The notes under the pieces: model-generated
The model's input: the letters and a program-made list of their open reading frames with translations, nothing else
What the model was told of the DNA's origin: nothing
Database searches by the model: none
Shown here: positions 38,388 through 49,891 of the stretch, in pieces
How the letters are laid out: each line of letters starts with the position of its first letter
How positions within the stretch are numbered: the first letter of the stretch is position 1
Made by a program: the position numbers and the translations under genes
Assembly: GCA_963735455.1 (NCBI GenBank)
Contig: CAVTKZ010000004.1
Coordinates: forward strand, 504,758 to 568,757
DNA from: an uncultured Chloroflexia bacterium
GTDB taxonomy: Bacteria > Chloroflexota > Limnocylindria > Limnocylindrales > CSP1-4
DNA length: 64,000 nucleotides
Direction: 5' to 3'

Positions 38388-39463
38388 GCGAGCTCGTCCG
38401 GGCGGCCCTCGCGGCGGTCGTCGACGGCCACTCCCTGACGATGGACGACGCCCGGGCGGCCATGGGCGCGGTGATGGACGGCGAAGCCACCCCGGCCCAG
38501 CTGGCCGCCCTCCTGGTCGCCCTCCGGATGCGGGGCGAGACGACGGCCGAGCTGGCAGGCTTCGCCACGGCGATGCGTGAACGGGTCCTGCGGGTCTCCG
38601 CTCCGCGCGGCGCGATCGACCTCGTCGGGACGGGCGGTGACCGGAGCGGCACGTTCAACATCTCGACCACCTCGGCCCTGGTCGTGGCCGCCGCCGGGGT
38701 GCCCGTGGCCAAGCACGGCAACCGGGCGATCACCTCGCGCTCCGGATCGGCCGACGTCCTCGACGCCCTGGGCATCCGGATCGACCATGACGACTTCTCG
38801 GCGGCCGAGGCGCTGCGCACCGACGGCTTCGCCTTCCTGTTCGCGCTGGCCTTCCATCCGGCGATGCGCCACGCCGGCCCGACGCGCAAGGAGATCGGCG
38901 TCCGGACGGCGTTCAACCTGCTCGGCCCATTGACCAATCCGGCCGGGGTGGCCCGCCTCGTCGTCGGGGTCGGGGATGCGGCGATGGCGCCCAAGGTGGC
39001 CGAGGTCCTCCGCTTGCTCGGCCAGGAGCGGGCGATCGTCGTCCACGGCGCCGGGGTGGATGAGCTGCCGCTCGACGGTTCGGGCGTGATCCACGATGTC
39101 AGCCCGGCGGGGATCAGGGTCTCGGCGATCGACGTCCGGACGCTCCAGGGGCTGGGCCTGACCAGCGTCCCGACGAGCACCCTGGCCGGCGGCACGCCCG
39201 AGGAGAACGCGGGGCTCGTCCAGAGCGTGCTGGGCGGGACGCCCGGACCGCGGCGGGAGGTCGTGCTGCTCAATGCGGCGGCCGGCTTCGTCGCGGCGGG
39301 CCGGGTGGCCGACCTGGCCCAGGGTGTCCGCCTGGCGTCGATGACCCTCGACTCGGGTGCCCCGATCGCTCTCGTCGGCCGGCTGCGGGCGGCGCGCCTG
39401 GCGGCCGACGCCGCCCGGCAGGCCCTGGCCCGGCTCGAGTCGGACGTGGGCGGGCCGGCATGA
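38384..39463 (+). CDS. trpD: Anthranilate phosphoribosyltransferase
   Basis: GTGGD..TFNIST, KHGNR, GSADVL. Confidence 0.96.
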   Translation: MSELVRAALAAVVDGHSLTMDDARAAMGAVMDGEATPAQLAALLVALRMRGETTAELAGFATAMRERVLRVSAPRGAIDLVGTGGDRSGTFNISTTSALVVAAAGVPVAKHGNRAITSRSGSADVLDALGIRIDHDDFSAAEALRTDGFAFLFALAFHPAMRHAGPTRKEIGVRTAFNLLGPLTNPAGVARLVVGVGDAAMAPKVAEVLRLLGQERAIVVHGAGVDELPLDGSGVIHDVSPAGIRVSAIDVRTLQGLGLTSVPTSTLAGGTPEENAGLVQSVLGGTPGPRREVVLLNAAAGFVAAGRVADLAQGVRLASMTLDSGAPIALVGRLRAARLAADAARQALARLESDVGGPA

Positions 39464-42312
39464 CCGGCGCGCTCGCGACCCGCCCCGCAGCACGGCGCAA
39501 CGTTGTCGCCGAGATCGCCGCACGACGCGCGACGGACCTGGCCAGCGAGCTCGCCGGTGTATCGGTGGCCCGCCTCGAGCGGGCCGCAGCCGCGGCTCCC
39601 GCCCCCCGCGACCTCAGCCTGCGCCTGGCCCGGCCGGGCCTGGCCCTGATCGCCGAGGTGAAGCGTGCCTCGCCCTCGGCCGGCCGGATCGTGGCCGCGT
39701 CCGACGATCCGGTCCGCCGCGCCCGCGCCTACGCGGCCGGTGGCGCCGCAGCGATCTCGGTCCTGTGCGAGCCGCACTGGTTCGGTGGCTCGGTGGCCGA
39801 CCTGACGGCGGTCCGGGCCGCGGTCAGCGTGCCGGTCCTGGCCAAGGAGTTCGTCGTCGATCCGCGCCAGCTGCCGATCCTGCGGGCCGCCGGGGCCGAC
39901 CTGGTCCTGCTGCTGGCCAGCCTGCATCCCGCCGCGCGCCTGGGCCGGCTGGTCGACCTGGCCCTCGACCTCGGGCTCGAGCCGCTTGTCGAGGCCCACG
40001 ATGAGCGCGAGCTCGAGCGGGCGCTCGGCACCCGGGCCCGCCTGGTCGGCCTGAACAACCGCGACCTGCGGACCCTGGCTGTCGATCCCGAGCAGGCGGT
40101 CCGCCTCCGCGCGCTCGTGCCGGCCGACCGCCTGGTGGTGGCCGAATCCGGCGTTCGCGAGCCGGCCACGGTCGCCGGCTGGCGCGCCCTGGGCTTCGAC
40201 GCGGTGCTCGTCGGCGAGGCCCTGATGCGCGCCGGCGACCCGGCCGCGGCCGCGGCCCGGTTCGCGGCTGCCGGCCGGCTGCCCGACGACCTGGCGGCCC
40301 GCGCCCGAGTGCCGCTCGTCAAGATCTGCGGGGTCACCGACGCCCGTGGAATCGAGGCCGCGCTGGCGAGCGAGGCGGACGCGATCGGGCTGAACCTGGT
40401 CCCGGGCACGCCCCGCTGCCTGTCGCTCGAGGAGGCCGTCGAGCTGGCCCGGCGGGCCCGCTCCGGCGGTCCGCTGGCAGGCCTGCCGCGGATCGTGGCG
40501 ATCACCGCCGACGCCGGCCTCGAGCGCCTCGCGGCGATCATTGCCGGCCTCGACCCGGACGTCGTCCAGCTCTCCGGCGACGAGAGCCCCGAGCTGGTCC
40601 ACCGGCTTGATCGGCCGGCCTGGAAGAGCATCCGCCTGCCGACCGAGGCGTCCGGCGACGGCGTCCTCGAGGTCGCGGCGATCGTGGCCCGGGGCCAGGC
40701 CTACCTCGACGCGGGCGTCGAGCGGATCCTCCTCGACACGGCCGGCGGCCCCCACCCGGGCGGCACCGGGGTCCGCTCGTCGACTGAGCTGGCCGCCGCG
40801 GTCGCCCGCGCCCTGCCGGTGATCCTGGCCGGCGGCCTGACCCCGGCCAACGTCGGCGAGGCGATCCTGGCCGTCCCGGCGATCGGTGTCGACGTGGCCT
40901 CGGGCGTCGAGGCGCCGCGGACCGCCGGCGAGCGACCGCGCAAGGACCCCCTCCGGGTCGCCCTGTTCAGCAAGCGGGCTCGCGCGGCGCGCTGGGACCA
41001 GCCCAACGTGGCCGCCCGCCCGACCCCGGTCTTCGCCGGCCTGCTCGAGGCAGATGGGCAGGGACGCTGGGGCTGCAACCGGGAATTCGGCGGTCGCTAC
41101 GTGCCCGAGACCCTGATGGCCGCCCTGGAGGCCCTCGAGCGGGCCTACTTCGCGCTCCGCCGCGACCCGCGCTTCTGGGCCGAGTTCCGGGAGCTGCTGG
41201 CCACCTACTCCGGCCGACCGACGCCGATCTATCGGGCCGACCGGCTGGCGGCGGCGACCGTCGAGGAGGCGGCCCGGCTGGTCGCCCAGGCGCCCGGCGT
41301 CCCAGTCCGGATTCCGGCCGCCCTGCGGGTCTACCTCAAGCGCGAGGACCTGGCCCACACCGGTGCCCACAAGATCAACAACGCCCTGGGGCAGGCCCTC
41401 CTCACCCGGCGCCTGGGCAAGTCCCGGGTGATCGCCGAGACCGGGGCCGGCCAGCACGGGGTGGCCACGGCCACCGCCTGTGCCCTGCTCGACCTGCCCT
41501 GCGTCGTGTTCATGGGCGCCGAGGACATCCAGCGCCAGCAGCCGAACGTCCTCCGGATGCGCGCCCTGGGCGCCGAGGTCCGGCCGGTCACGTCCGGCTC
41601 GGCGACCCTCAAGGACGCCGTCAACGAGGCGATGCGCGACTGGGTCACGAACGTCGAGACGACCCACTACGTCCTGGGCTCGGCGATGGGCCCCCACCCC
41701 TATCCGACGATCGTACGCGACCTCCAGCGGATCCTGGGCGACGAGGCGGCCGCCCAGCTCGAGGCGGTCGAGGGCCGCCTGCCCGACCTCGTCCTGGCCT
41801 GCGTCGGGGGCGGCTCGAACGCGATCGGGCTGCTCGACCGGTTCATCGGCGAGCCGGCCGTCCGGCTGGCGGTCGCCGAGGCGGCCGGCGACGGGATCGC
41901 CACCGGCCGGCATGCCGCGGCGCTGGCCGGGGGCACGCCGGGGATCCTCCACGGGTCACGCTCGCTCATGCTCCAGGACCTCGATGGCCAGGTGGTCGAG
42001 GCCCACTCGATCTCGGCCGGCCTCGACTACCCCGGCGTCGGCCCCCAGATCGCTGCCCTGGCCGCGGGGGGCAGGCTCGAGCTGGCCGCCGCGACCGACG
42101 CCGAGGCCCTCGCCGCCCTGCGCCACGTCGCCCGCCTCGAAGGGATCCTGCCGGCGCTCGAGACGGCCCACGCCTTTGCCGTCCTGCCCCGCCTGATCGC
42201 GGGCATCGAAGGCTCCGGGGCGGGCTATCCCGCCGAGACGGTCGTGCTCCTCGGCCTGTCCGGTCGCGGCGACAAGGACTTGGCCGCGCTCGAACCGGGC
42301 GTCCCCGGCTGA
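39460..42312 (+). CDS. trpB: TrpC-TrpF-TrpB triple fusion
   Basis: One 950-aa frame: IAEVKRASPS, NNRDL, VAESG (TrpC); VKICG, LAGGL, DVASGVE (TrpF); FGGRYVPE, HTGAHKINN, GLDYPGVGP, SGRGDKD (TrpB). Confidence 0.88.
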   Translation: MTGALATRPAARRNVVAEIAARRATDLASELAGVSVARLERAAAAAPAPRDLSLRLARPGLALIAEVKRASPSAGRIVAASDDPVRRARAYAAGGAAAISVLCEPHWFGGSVADLTAVRAAVSVPVLAKEFVVDPRQLPILRAAGADLVLLLASLHPAARLGRLVDLALDLGLEPLVEAHDERELERALGTRARLVGLNNRDLRTLAVDPEQAVRLRALVPADRLVVAESGVREPATVAGWRALGFDAVLVGEALMRAGDPAAAAARFAAAGRLPDDLAARARVPLVKICGVTDARGIEAALASEADAIGLNLVPGTPRCLSLEEAVELARRARSGGPLAGLPRIVAITADAGLERLAAIIAGLDPDVVQLSGDESPELVHRLDRPAWKSIRLPTEASGDGVLEVAAIVARGQAYLDAGVERILLDTAGGPHPGGTGVRSSTELAAAVARALPVILAGGLTPANVGEAILAVPAIGVDVASGVEAPRTAGERPRKDPLRVALFSKRARAARWDQPNVAARPTPVFAGLLEADGQGRWGCNREFGGRYVPETLMAALEALERAYFALRRDPRFWAEFRELLATYSGRPTPIYRADRLAAATVEEAARLVAQAPGVPVRIPAALRVYLKREDLAHTGAHKINNALGQALLTRRLGKSRVIAETGAGQHGVATATACALLDLPCVVFMGAEDIQRQQPNVLRMRALGAEVRPVTSGSATLKDAVNEAMRDWVTNVETTHYVLGSAMGPHPYPTIVRDLQRILGDEAAAQLEAVEGRLPDLVLACVGGGSNAIGLLDRFIGEPAVRLAVAEAAGDGIATGRHAAALAGGTPGILHGSRSLMLQDLDGQVVEAHSISAGLDYPGVGPQIAALAAGGRLELAAATDAEALAALRHVARLEGILPALETAHAFAVLPRLIAGIEGSGAGYPAETVVLLGLSGRGDKDLAALEPGVPG

Positions 42313-43164
42313 TGGCGGTCGCCGAGCCGCCGGCGGGCACGAACCGGACGACCGGGGCCGGCCGAATCGCCGCCGCCTTCGAGCAGGCCGGCCGGGAAGG
42401 CCGGATCGCCCTGATCCCGTACGTCGTGGCGGGCTATCCGGACGCCGAGACGAGCTTCCGGATCGCCCTCGCCGCGGCCGACGCCGGGGCGGACCTGCTC
42501 GAGATCGGGTTGCCCTACTCCGACCCGCTGGCCGACGGCGCGACGCTCCAGCGCGCCTCGCAGGTGGCCCTCGCCGCCGGTGCCACGTTCGCCTCGTCGA
42601 TCGCCCTGCTGGAACGGATCGCGGCCGCCCGACCGGGCGCTGCCGCTCGTCCCGATGGCCTACGCCAACCAGGTGATCGGCGGCGGCGACGGCGCGGCCA
42701 CGGCCCGCGGCCCTGGTCGCGGCCGGCGCGTCGGGGGTGATCGTGGCCGACCTCACCCCGGACGAGGGCGGGCCGTTCGAGGCGGTCGCCGCCGGGGCCG
42801 GCCTGGCCGTCGTCTACCTCGTCGCGCCGACGACCGAGCCCGCCCGCCGGGCGGTGGGTCGCCGCCCGCTCCGGCGGCTTCCTGTACTGCGTCTCGCTGG
42901 TCGGCGTGACCGGTGCCCGGGCGAGCCTGCCGGCGTCGGTCGGCGCGCCTGGTCCGCGACGGTCAAGGCCGTCTCGCCGGTGCCCGGTCGCGGTCGGCTT
43001 CGGGGTCAGCCGGCCGGCCCACGTCCGGGCGATCGCCCGGGCCGGCGCGGACGGCGTGATCGTCGCCTCGGCCCTCGTCGACGCGCTCGGCCGCGACGGC
43101 CGCGACGTGGCCGCCCTGGGGCGACTCGTCGACGGGCCTCCGGGCGGCCACGGCACGGCGATGA
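42312..43164 (+). CDS. trpA: Tryptophan synthase alpha chain (several frameshifts)
   Basis: LEIGLPYSDPLADG, VYLVAPT, GVTG and VGFGVS spread over successive frames; TGATG overlap with trpB. Confidence 0.9.
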
Positions 43165-43847
43165 GCCGGGGCACCGGATCCCGATCGGCGAGGAAGCCGG
43201 CAAGACCCGGTCGTTCGCCTGGGCGCTCGACTGGCCGGGCTGGTGCCGGGCGCAGCAAGGACCGGCTCGACGCTGCCGGCCGCCCTGGCCGCCGCCGCGT
43301 CCGCGCTACGCTCGGGTCGCGGCCCTGGCCGGCCTCGACTTCGTGGCGGATCCCGGCGACCTGTCCGCCGGCCGACTTCGAGCTGGTCGAGACGGGTGGC
43401 CGGCTCGGCCGGCACCGACTTCGGCGTGCCGGGCAGCGTGGCCGAGACGATCGCCGGCCGACTGACGGCGAGCTCGACGCGGACCGGATTGCCCGCCTGG
43501 TCGGGGCGGCCTGGGCGGTCCTCGACCCGGTCGTCGCCGGCGCGCCGGCCGAGCTGCGCAAGGGACCCCGGGGCGGCGGCCGGGATCGGGACGCGATCGT
43601 GGCCCACTGCGTCGCCTCCGACTCGGCCTACGCCAGCCAGGTCGGGCTGAAGCTCAGGGAGCCCGAGCCCGCTCGATCGGCCGGCCGTCGACGCCGAGCG
43701 CGAGGCGATCCTGGCCGTGCTCCGCCTGCCGTCGGACGGTTCGCCGCTCGCCGGACGGCGCTGGCCCGCCCGCTACGCCGCCCGCCGGATCGCCTGGCAC
43801 GCGCTCGATCACGCCTGGGAGATCGAGGACAAGTCGGACCGGCTAGG
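43161..43847 (+). CDS. Conserved hypothetical, DinB-like four-helix protein (frameshifted, end approximate)
   Basis: FAWALDWPGWCR, TDFGVPG, LRKGPRGGGRDRD, RRIAWHALDHAWEIED across frames. Confidence 0.7.
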
Positions 43848-44165
43848 GACGTCGCCGGCGCGGTCGCGGGCCTCGAGGGCCCGGGTCGCCGCGATCAGCC
43901 GCCGGTAGATCGCCAGCAGGTCGGCCTGGGCCAGCGGACCGAGGTTGGCCAGGGCTACCCGCAGGAGGACCTCCCGCTCGCGCTCGAGGTCGCGGACGGC
44001 TCGCCGGCCGGCGGCCTGCTTGGCCCGGCCGACCTGCGCGGCCGAGCTCGGCCCGCTCGTTGAGCAGGGCCACGATCCGCCGGTCGAGGGCGTCGATCCG
44101 GCGGCGCAGGCGGGCCAGCTCGGGCGATCTCGGGCCGGGCCGCGGGGCGTCCGGCGGCCGGTCAT
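43843..44165 (-). CDS. Chorismate mutase, AroQ class (frameshifted)
   Basis: RLRRRIDALDRRIVALLNERAEL..K..VRDLERE across frames. Confidence 0.85.
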
Positions 44166-44612
44166 CCGGGCAGCTCGCCCGCGGCGACCCGGCGGGCGAT
44201 CGATTCGAGGGCCAGGCCGTAGCCCGCGGCGCCCCGGCCCGACGATCGACTCGAGGGCGATGTCGGTGAGGAAGTTGACCGAGCGGAACGGCTCGCGGCG
44301 TCGCCGGGTCGGACAGGTGGACCTCGACGAACGGACGCTCGACCGCGAGCAGCGCGTCGCGCAGGCTGACGCTGGTGTGGGTCAGGCCGCCGGCGTTGAC
44401 GATCGCGACGTCGAAGTCCTTGCGCTGCAGCCGGTCGATCAGGGCGCCTTCGTGGTTCGACTGGAAGAAGTCGACCTGCAGGCCGAGCTCGGCCGCCCGG
44501 GCCGCGATCCCGGCGTGGATCTCCTCGAGGGTCGCCCGGCCGTAGATCTCCGGCTCGCGCGTGCCCGAGCAGGTTGAGGTTGGGACCCTGGAGGACGAGG
44601 ACCGCGGGTCAT
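44162..44612 (-). CDS. aroQ: Type II 3-dehydroquinate dehydratase (frameshifted, absent from the ORF track)
   Basis: Reverse strand reads VLVLQGPNLNLLG..EPEIYG, FQSNHEG, NAGGLTHTSVSLRDA, EVHLS. Confidence 0.9.
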
Positions 44613-46303
44613 GGCCGGGCCGCCAGGAGCTGCCCGGCGACCCGCGCGATCAGGTCCGCCGGGACGTCCTTCCGGACGGCGACGAAGTCGGCCGTCGGCA
44701 GGACCCAGCGGAGCTGCCCGCCGGCGTGCTTCTTGTCGGCGCCGAGGGCCGCCAGGACGGCGTCGGACTCCAGCCCGAGCTCGGCCAGGCCGCCGGCGGG
44801 GGCCAGCTCGAGGGTCGTCAGGAGGTCCTCGATCCGGGCGGCCCGATCGGCCGGCGTGACCCCCAGGGCGACGCCGATCCGGCAGGCCGCCCGCAGGCCG
44901 TAGGCGACCGCCTCGCCGTGGAGCAGCCCGTCGCCGTAGCCCGCCGCGGCCTCGAAGCCGTGGCCGAGCGAGTGGCCCAGGTTGAGCGCCAGCCGGCCGG
45001 CCTCGATCCGGGCCGCGACGAGCGGATCATCGGACGCCTTCGGCCGGCCGCCCGACTCGCGCTCGTCGGCGAGGACCACCTCGACCTTGGCCCAGGCGCA
45101 GCGCTCGACCAGCTCGGCCAGGGCGCCGTGGGCGATCACCGCCGGGTCGCCGCGGGCGATCCCCGGGCCGTCGCGCTCGAGCAGGCCGAACAGGGCCTCG
45201 TCGCCGAGGGCGGCCATCTTGACCGCCTCGCCGAGGGCCGAGCGGCGCTGGCGGATCGGCAGGCCGGCCACGAGGGCGACGTCGATCAGGATCGCCGCCG
45301 GCTGGTGGAAGGCGCCGACCAGGTTCTTGCCGTCGGCCAGGTCGACCGCGGTCTTGCCCCCGATCGAGCTGTCGATCTGGGCGACGAGCGTCGTCGGGAC
45401 CTGGACCAGGGGCACGCCCCGCAGCCAGGTCGCGGCCAGGAAGCCGGCGGCGTCGCCGAGCGCCCCGCCACCGAGGGCGATCAGCGGCTCGGTCCGCTCG
45501 ACCCGCAGCCGGGCCAGTTCGCCGGCCGCCGCCTCGATCACGCTCAGGCGCTTGGCCGCCTCGCCCGTCGGCAGCAGGATCCGCTCGACGCTGAGGCCGG
45601 CCCCGACCGACCTCGGCGGCCAGCGCCTCGCCGACCGCCGCCCAGGCGCCGGGCTCCGAGACGAAGATCGCCCGTTCGCGCGCCGAGCTCGGCGAGGGTC
45701 GCCAGGAGGGCGCCGCGACACGAACGATTCGCCGATCCGGATCCGGCCCAGGCGGGTGTCGGCGGCTAGCAGCAACGTGCCCGGCCGTGCGTCTGCCCCG
45801 AGGACGGCATCGAGCCGGTCGATCACTGCGCCGACCTGGGACAGGCCGTTGAGCCGCACGGCCGGGGCGTAGAACCGCTCCCGCCCGGCCGCCAGCTCGC
45901 GGATCGTGCCGACCGGATCACGGCCCTGGAGGAGCGGCCGCGGGTTGGGCGAGTTGCGCAGGCGCTGGGCGAGGACCTCCGGCGGCCCGTTCAGCCAGAC
46001 CGCCCGACGGCCGCGGTACAGCGCCCAGCGATTGGCCGGGTCGACGACCGTGCCGCCGCCCGTGGCGATCACTCGGCGCAGCTCGGGCGCGCCATCGGCC
46101 TGGCCCAGGGCGGCGACGGCCGCCCGCTCGCGGGAGCGGAAGCCGGCCTCGCCCTCGGACTCGAACAGCTGGGCGATCGTCTGGCCGGCCGCGGCCTCGA
46201 TCGTCGCGTCGAGGTCGACGAACCGGGCGCCATGGCGGGCCGCGATCCGGCGTCCGACCGAGCTCTTGCCGCTGCCCGGCAGGCCGACGAGGACGAGGTC
46301 CAT
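44609..46303 (-). CDS. aroB: Shikimate kinase / 3-dehydroquinate synthase fusion (AroK-AroB)
   Basis: GLPGSGKS, ATGGG, RPLL, then GGGALGD, PTTLVAQIDSSIGGKT, LNLGHSLGH; compensating frameshifts around 45600-45720. Confidence 0.9.
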   Translation of the reverse strand: MDLVLVGLPGSGKSSVGRRIAARHGARFVDLDATIEAAAGQTIAQLFESEGEAGFRSRERAAVAALGQADGAPELRRVIATGGGTVVDPANRWALYRGRRAVWLNGPPEVLAQRLRNSPNPRPLLQGRDPVGTIRELAAGRERFYAPAVRLNGLSQVGAVIDRLDAVLGADARPGTLLLAADTRLGRIRIGESFVSRRPPGDPRRARRANGRSSSRSPAPGRRSARRWPPRSVGAGLSVERILLPTGEAAKRLSVIEAAAGELARLRVERTEPLIALGGGALGDAAGFLAATWLRGVPLVQVPTTLVAQIDSSIGGKTAVDLADGKNLVGAFHQPAAILIDVALVAGLPIRQRRSALGEAVKMAALGDEALFGLLERDGPGIARGDPAVIAHGALAELVERCAWAKVEVVLADERESGGRPKASDDPLVAARIEAGRLALNLGHSLGHGFEAAAGYGDGLLHGEAVAYGLRAACRIGVALGVTPADRAARIEDLLTTLELAPAGGLAELGLESDAVLAALGADKKHAGGQLRWVLPTADFVAVRKDVPADLIARVAGQLLAARP

Positions 46304-46310
46304 GGCCGGC

Positions 46311-47618
46311 CTAGTCGTCGCCGCCGGAGCCGGCTTCGCCACCCCGGCCGCGCTCGTCGCCGGCCGCGACCGGACGCGCCCGGCCCCGGCCGCCGGCCAC
46401 GGGCGCCTCCGGCAGGCTCGCCAGCTGGGCCTGGTAGGCCGCGAGGTTTGCCCGGGTCTCGTCGATCGAGTCGCCGCCGAACTTGTCCAGGATGAAATCG
46501 GCCAGGGTGAGCATGACCATCGCCTCGCCGACCACGCCGGCCGCCGGCACCACGCTGATGTCGCTCCGCTCGTAGTGGGCCTGGTCGACGGCCTCGCCGC
46601 TGATCAGGTCGGCCGACGGCAGCGGCCGGGCCAGGGTCGAGATCGGCTTGACCGCTCCGCGCACGACGAGCGGCTCGCCGTTGGTCACCCCACCGGTTAG
46701 CCCGCCGGCGTTGTTGGTCCGATGAATCCAGCGTCCGCCGGTCCCTCGCCCCTCGATCACGTCGTGGACGGCCGAGCCGAAGCGGCGGGTCTGCTCGAAG
46801 CCCAGCCCGAACTCGACGCCCTTGACGATGTTGATGCTGACCACTGCCGCGGCGAGGGCGGCATCCAGGCGGCGATCCCAGTGGACGTAGCTGCCCAGCC
46901 CGATCGGCAGGCCATGGGCCACGACCTCGAACACCCCACCGACCGTATCCCCGTTTGAGCGAGCCTCGTCGATCCGGGCAATCATCCTGGCCTCGGCCTC
47001 GGGATCCGGGCAGCGCAGCGGCGATTCGTCGGCCTCCGCCCGGGTCCGGCTCGCCTTGGCCGGGTCGAGGGCGACGCCGCCGACCTCGGCGGTGAACGAC
47101 CAGACATCGATCCCCAGCTCGGCCAGGAAGGCCCGGGCCACGCCGCCGGCCGCCACCCGGGCGGCCGTCTCGCGCGCGGAGGCCCGTTCCAGGACGTCAC
47201 GGACGTCGTTGAAACCGTACTTCAGGGCGCCGGCCAGGTCGGCGTGCCCGGGCCGCAGCCGGGTGACCGGCGTCGCCCGCTTGTTGCCCTCGTCAGCGTG
47301 GTGGGCCAGCTCGGCGGCCTGGGCCTCGCTCAGCGGCTCGACCTGCATCACCTCGGTCCAGTTCTCCCAGTCCCGGTTGCGGACGAGGAGGAGAATCGGC
47401 GAGCCGAGGGTCAGGCCGTGGCGGACCCCGCCCAGGATCTCGGCCCGGTCGTGCTCGATCGCCTGGCGCGCGCCCCGACCATAGCCCCGCTGACGCCGGG
47501 CCAGGTCCACCGCGAGGCCGTCGGCGGTCAGGGCCAGCCCGGCCGGGACGCCCTCGATCGTGACCCCCAGCGCCGGGCCGTGCGACTCGCCGGCCGTCAG
47601 GAACCGCAAGCGGCCCAC
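46311..47618 (-). CDS. aroC: Chorismate synthase
   Basis: [27 protein letters not shown]. Confidence 0.97.
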   Translation of the reverse strand: MGRLRFLTAGESHGPALGVTIEGVPAGLALTADGLAVDLARRQRGYGRGARQAIEHDRAEILGGVRHGLTLGSPILLLVRNRDWENWTEVMQVEPLSEAQAAELAHHADEGNKRATPVTRLRPGHADLAGALKYGFNDVRDVLERASARETAARVAAGGVARAFLAELGIDVWSFTAEVGGVALDPAKASRTRAEADESPLRCPDPEAEARMIARIDEARSNGDTVGGVFEVVAHGLPIGLGSYVHWDRRLDAALAAAVVSINIVKGVEFGLGFEQTRRFGSAVHDVIEGRGTGGRWIHRTNNAGGLTGGVTNGEPLVVRGAVKPISTLARPLPSADLISGEAVDQAHYERSDISVVPAAGVVGEAMVMLTLADFILDKFGGDSIDETRANLAAYQAQLASLPEAPVAGGRGRARPVAAGDERGRGGEAGSGGDD

Positions 47619-48503
47619 TCAGGCCTCCGCGACGGCGCCGGTCGGCTCGCCCTCGGCCGATTCGATGCCGCCGGCGCGGGCCGCCGTCAGGGCACTCTCC
47701 ATGACCTCGAGCGGGGCCGGCTGGCCGGTCCACAGGCTGAACGCGGCGGCGCCCTGGTGGAGGAGCATCGTGGCACCGTCGGCGACCGTCGCCCCGTTGG
47801 CCGCGGCGTCGCGCAGCAGCCTCGTGCGCCGGTAGATCAAGTCCAGGACGAGCAGGTCAGGCGGGATGATCTCGCCCGGGATCGGCGATTCGTCGCCGTG
47901 CAGCCCGATCGACGTGGCATTGACCAGGATCCGGGTCTTGGCCAGCTCCGCCTCGATGATCGACTCGTGCCAGGGCATCGCCTTGAGCTCCATGTGGGCG
48001 GCGCTCTTGCCGAAGAACTTGACCAGGCTCTCGGCCCGGTGGAGATGGCGGTTGAACACGATGATCCGCAGGAAACCGGCCGTGATCAGCCCGTGGATCA
48101 CCGCCCGGCTGCCGCCGCCGGCGCCGAAGACGACGGCCTGGCGGGGCATCTTCTGGCGGCCGACCAGCTTGTCGATCGCCTGCTTGAAGCCGGGCACGTC
48201 GGTGTTGTGGCCGACCAGCCGCTTGCCCTCGCGGGTGATCGTGTTGACGGCCCCCGTCGCGTGGGCGTCCTCGGTCAGCCGGTCGACGAGGGGCACGACC
48301 CGCTCCTTGTGGGGGATCGTGATGTTGGCGCCCAGGAAGTCGTCGGCGCGCAGCTCGCCGATCGCGCCGGCCAGGGCGATCGGCGCCCGGTCCCAGAGCT
48401 CGTAGCGGGCATCGATCCCGAGCGAGTCGAAGGCGGCCTGTTGCATCGCGCCGGACAGCGAGTGGCTGACCGGGTGACCGATGAGGACGACGCGCTTCGT
48501 CAT
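47619..48503 (-). CDS. aroE: Shikimate dehydrogenase
   Basis: [29 protein letters not shown]. Confidence 0.95.
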   Translation of the reverse strand: MTKRVVLIGHPVSHSLSGAMQQAAFDSLGIDARYELWDRAPIALAGAIGELRADDFLGANITIPHKERVVPLVDRLTEDAHATGAVNTITREGKRLVGHNTDVPGFKQAIDKLVGRQKMPRQAVVFGAGGGSRAVIHGLITAGFLRIIVFNRHLHRAESLVKFFGKSAAHMELKAMPWHESIIEAELAKTRILVNATSIGLHGDESPIPGEIIPPDLLVLDLIYRRTRLLRDAAANGATVADGATMLLHQGAAAFSLWTGQPAPLEVMESALTAARAGGIESAEGEPTGAVAEA

Positions 48504-49891
48504 GCTCGCACCCCTTCGAGTACCGCGAAGAAGCCTGGATAGGAGATCGAGGCGCAGCCGGGATCGCTGATCGTCGTCGCGCCACTGGCGATCAGGCCGG
48601 CGATCGCGAAGGTCATTGCCAGGCGATGGTCGGAGCGGCTGTCGGTCGGCGCGCCGACCAGCCGGGTCGGGCCGCTGATCGTGATGTCGTCGCCGTCGAC
48701 CGTCAGCCGGGCGCCCAGCGCCGTCAGCCCGGCGACGATCCCGGCGATCCGGTCGGACTCCTTGGCGCGCAGCTCGCCGGCGCCCCGGATCGTGGTCGTG
48801 CCGTGGGCCTGGGTCGCCGCCAGGCACAGGATCGGGATCTCGTCGATCGCCTGGGCCACCTCGGTCGGCGAGACGTCGATCGCGCCCAGCTGGCTCGAAC
48901 GGACGACCAGGTCGGCCAGCGGCTCGCCGCTGTCCGGATCGGGGCTCGGGTCTCGGTCCGCCGCGTCGGCGTCGGGCCGCTCTTCGATCGACGCGCCCAT
49001 CCGCCGGAGCAGGTCGACGATCGCCCGGCGGGTCGGATTGAGCCCGACGGCCGGCAGGCTCAGCTCGGCGTCGGGATGGATCGCCCCGGCGACCAGCCAG
49101 AAGGCGGCCGCGGACGGATCGGCGGGAACCACCTGGAGGACCGCCTGCACCGGAAACCCTCCCTCGACGCTGACCACCAGCCCCCCATCCTCGCCCGCCG
49201 TGCTGACCACCGCGACACCCCGCGCCCGGAGCATCCGCTCGGTGTGGTCCCGCGTCGCGACGGCTTCGCGGACGGTCGTCCGACCCTCGGCCCGCAGCCC
49301 CGCCAGCAGGATCGCCGACTTCACCTGGGCGCTGGGAACCGCCGTCCGATGATCGATCGCCTGGAGCGGGCGGTGACCGACCACGGTCATCGGCAGGAGG
49401 GAATTACCCCGGCGCGCATGGACCTCGGCGCCCATCGCACGCAGTGGCTCGATGATACGAGCGAGGGGTCGCCGGCGCAACGAGTCGTCGCCGTCCAGGA
49501 CGTGGTACCCGGGCAAACCGGCCAGGATGCCGGCAATCAGCCGGGTGGTCGTCCCGGAGTTGGCGCAATCGAGGACGCCGTCCGCCTCGTGCAGCCCGTC
49601 GATGCCCGGCGAGACCACCCGGTAGTCGACCCGGCGGCCGTCCGACCGGCCCCGCTCGACGCTCGCCCCGAGCCGCTCGATCAGGCCGGCGGTGGTCCGC
49701 ACGTCGGCGCCGTCGCCGGCAGCCCGGATCTCGGAGCTGCCCTCGGCGAGGGCAGCCAGGAGGAGCGCCCGATGGCTGATCGACTTGTCGCCGGGCAGGC
49801 CGGGCCGGCCGCGCAGGCGGGCCGCCGGGCGCACGCCGGCCACGTCGGGCTCGGTGCCGCCGGCCAGGTTCGGAGCTGCCTGGGTGGTCAA
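48500..49891 (-). CDS. aroA: EPSP synthase
   Basis: [38 protein letters not shown]. Confidence 0.96.
   Translation of the reverse strand: MTTQAAPNLAGGTEPDVAGVRPAARLRGRPGLPGDKSISHRALLLAALAEGSSEIRAAGDGADVRTTAGLIERLGASVERGRSDGRRVDYRVVSPGIDGLHEADGVLDCANSGTTTRLIAGILAGLPGYHVLDGDDSLRRRPLARIIEPLRAMGAEVHARRGNSLLPMTVVGHRPLQAIDHRTAVPSAQVKSAILLAGLRAEGRTTVREAVATRDHTERMLRARGVAVVSTAGEDGGLVVSVEGGFPVQAVLQVVPADPSAAAFWLVAGAIHPDAELSLPAVGLNPTRRAIVDLLRRMGASIEERPDADAADRDPSPDPDSGEPLADLVVRSSQLGAIDVSPTEVAQAIDEIPILCLAATQAHGTTTIRGAGELRAKESDRIAGIVAGLTALGARLTVDGDDITISGPTRLVGAPTDSRSDHRLAMTFAIAGLIASGATTISDPGCASISYPGFFAVLEGVRA

Noticed and set aside
38161-41952. 1263-aa antisense ORF and other long shadow ORFs (2876..5080, 15478..17952, 59614..61962)
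   Set aside because: Opposite or out of frame to well-supported genes, low-complexity Arg/Gly/Pro content; expected in high-GC DNA.
42600-45750. Apparent pseudogenisation of trpA, chorismate mutase, aroQ and aroKB
   Set aside because: Dense single-base indels in GC-rich runs with motifs preserved and regulation intact; most likely sequencing error.
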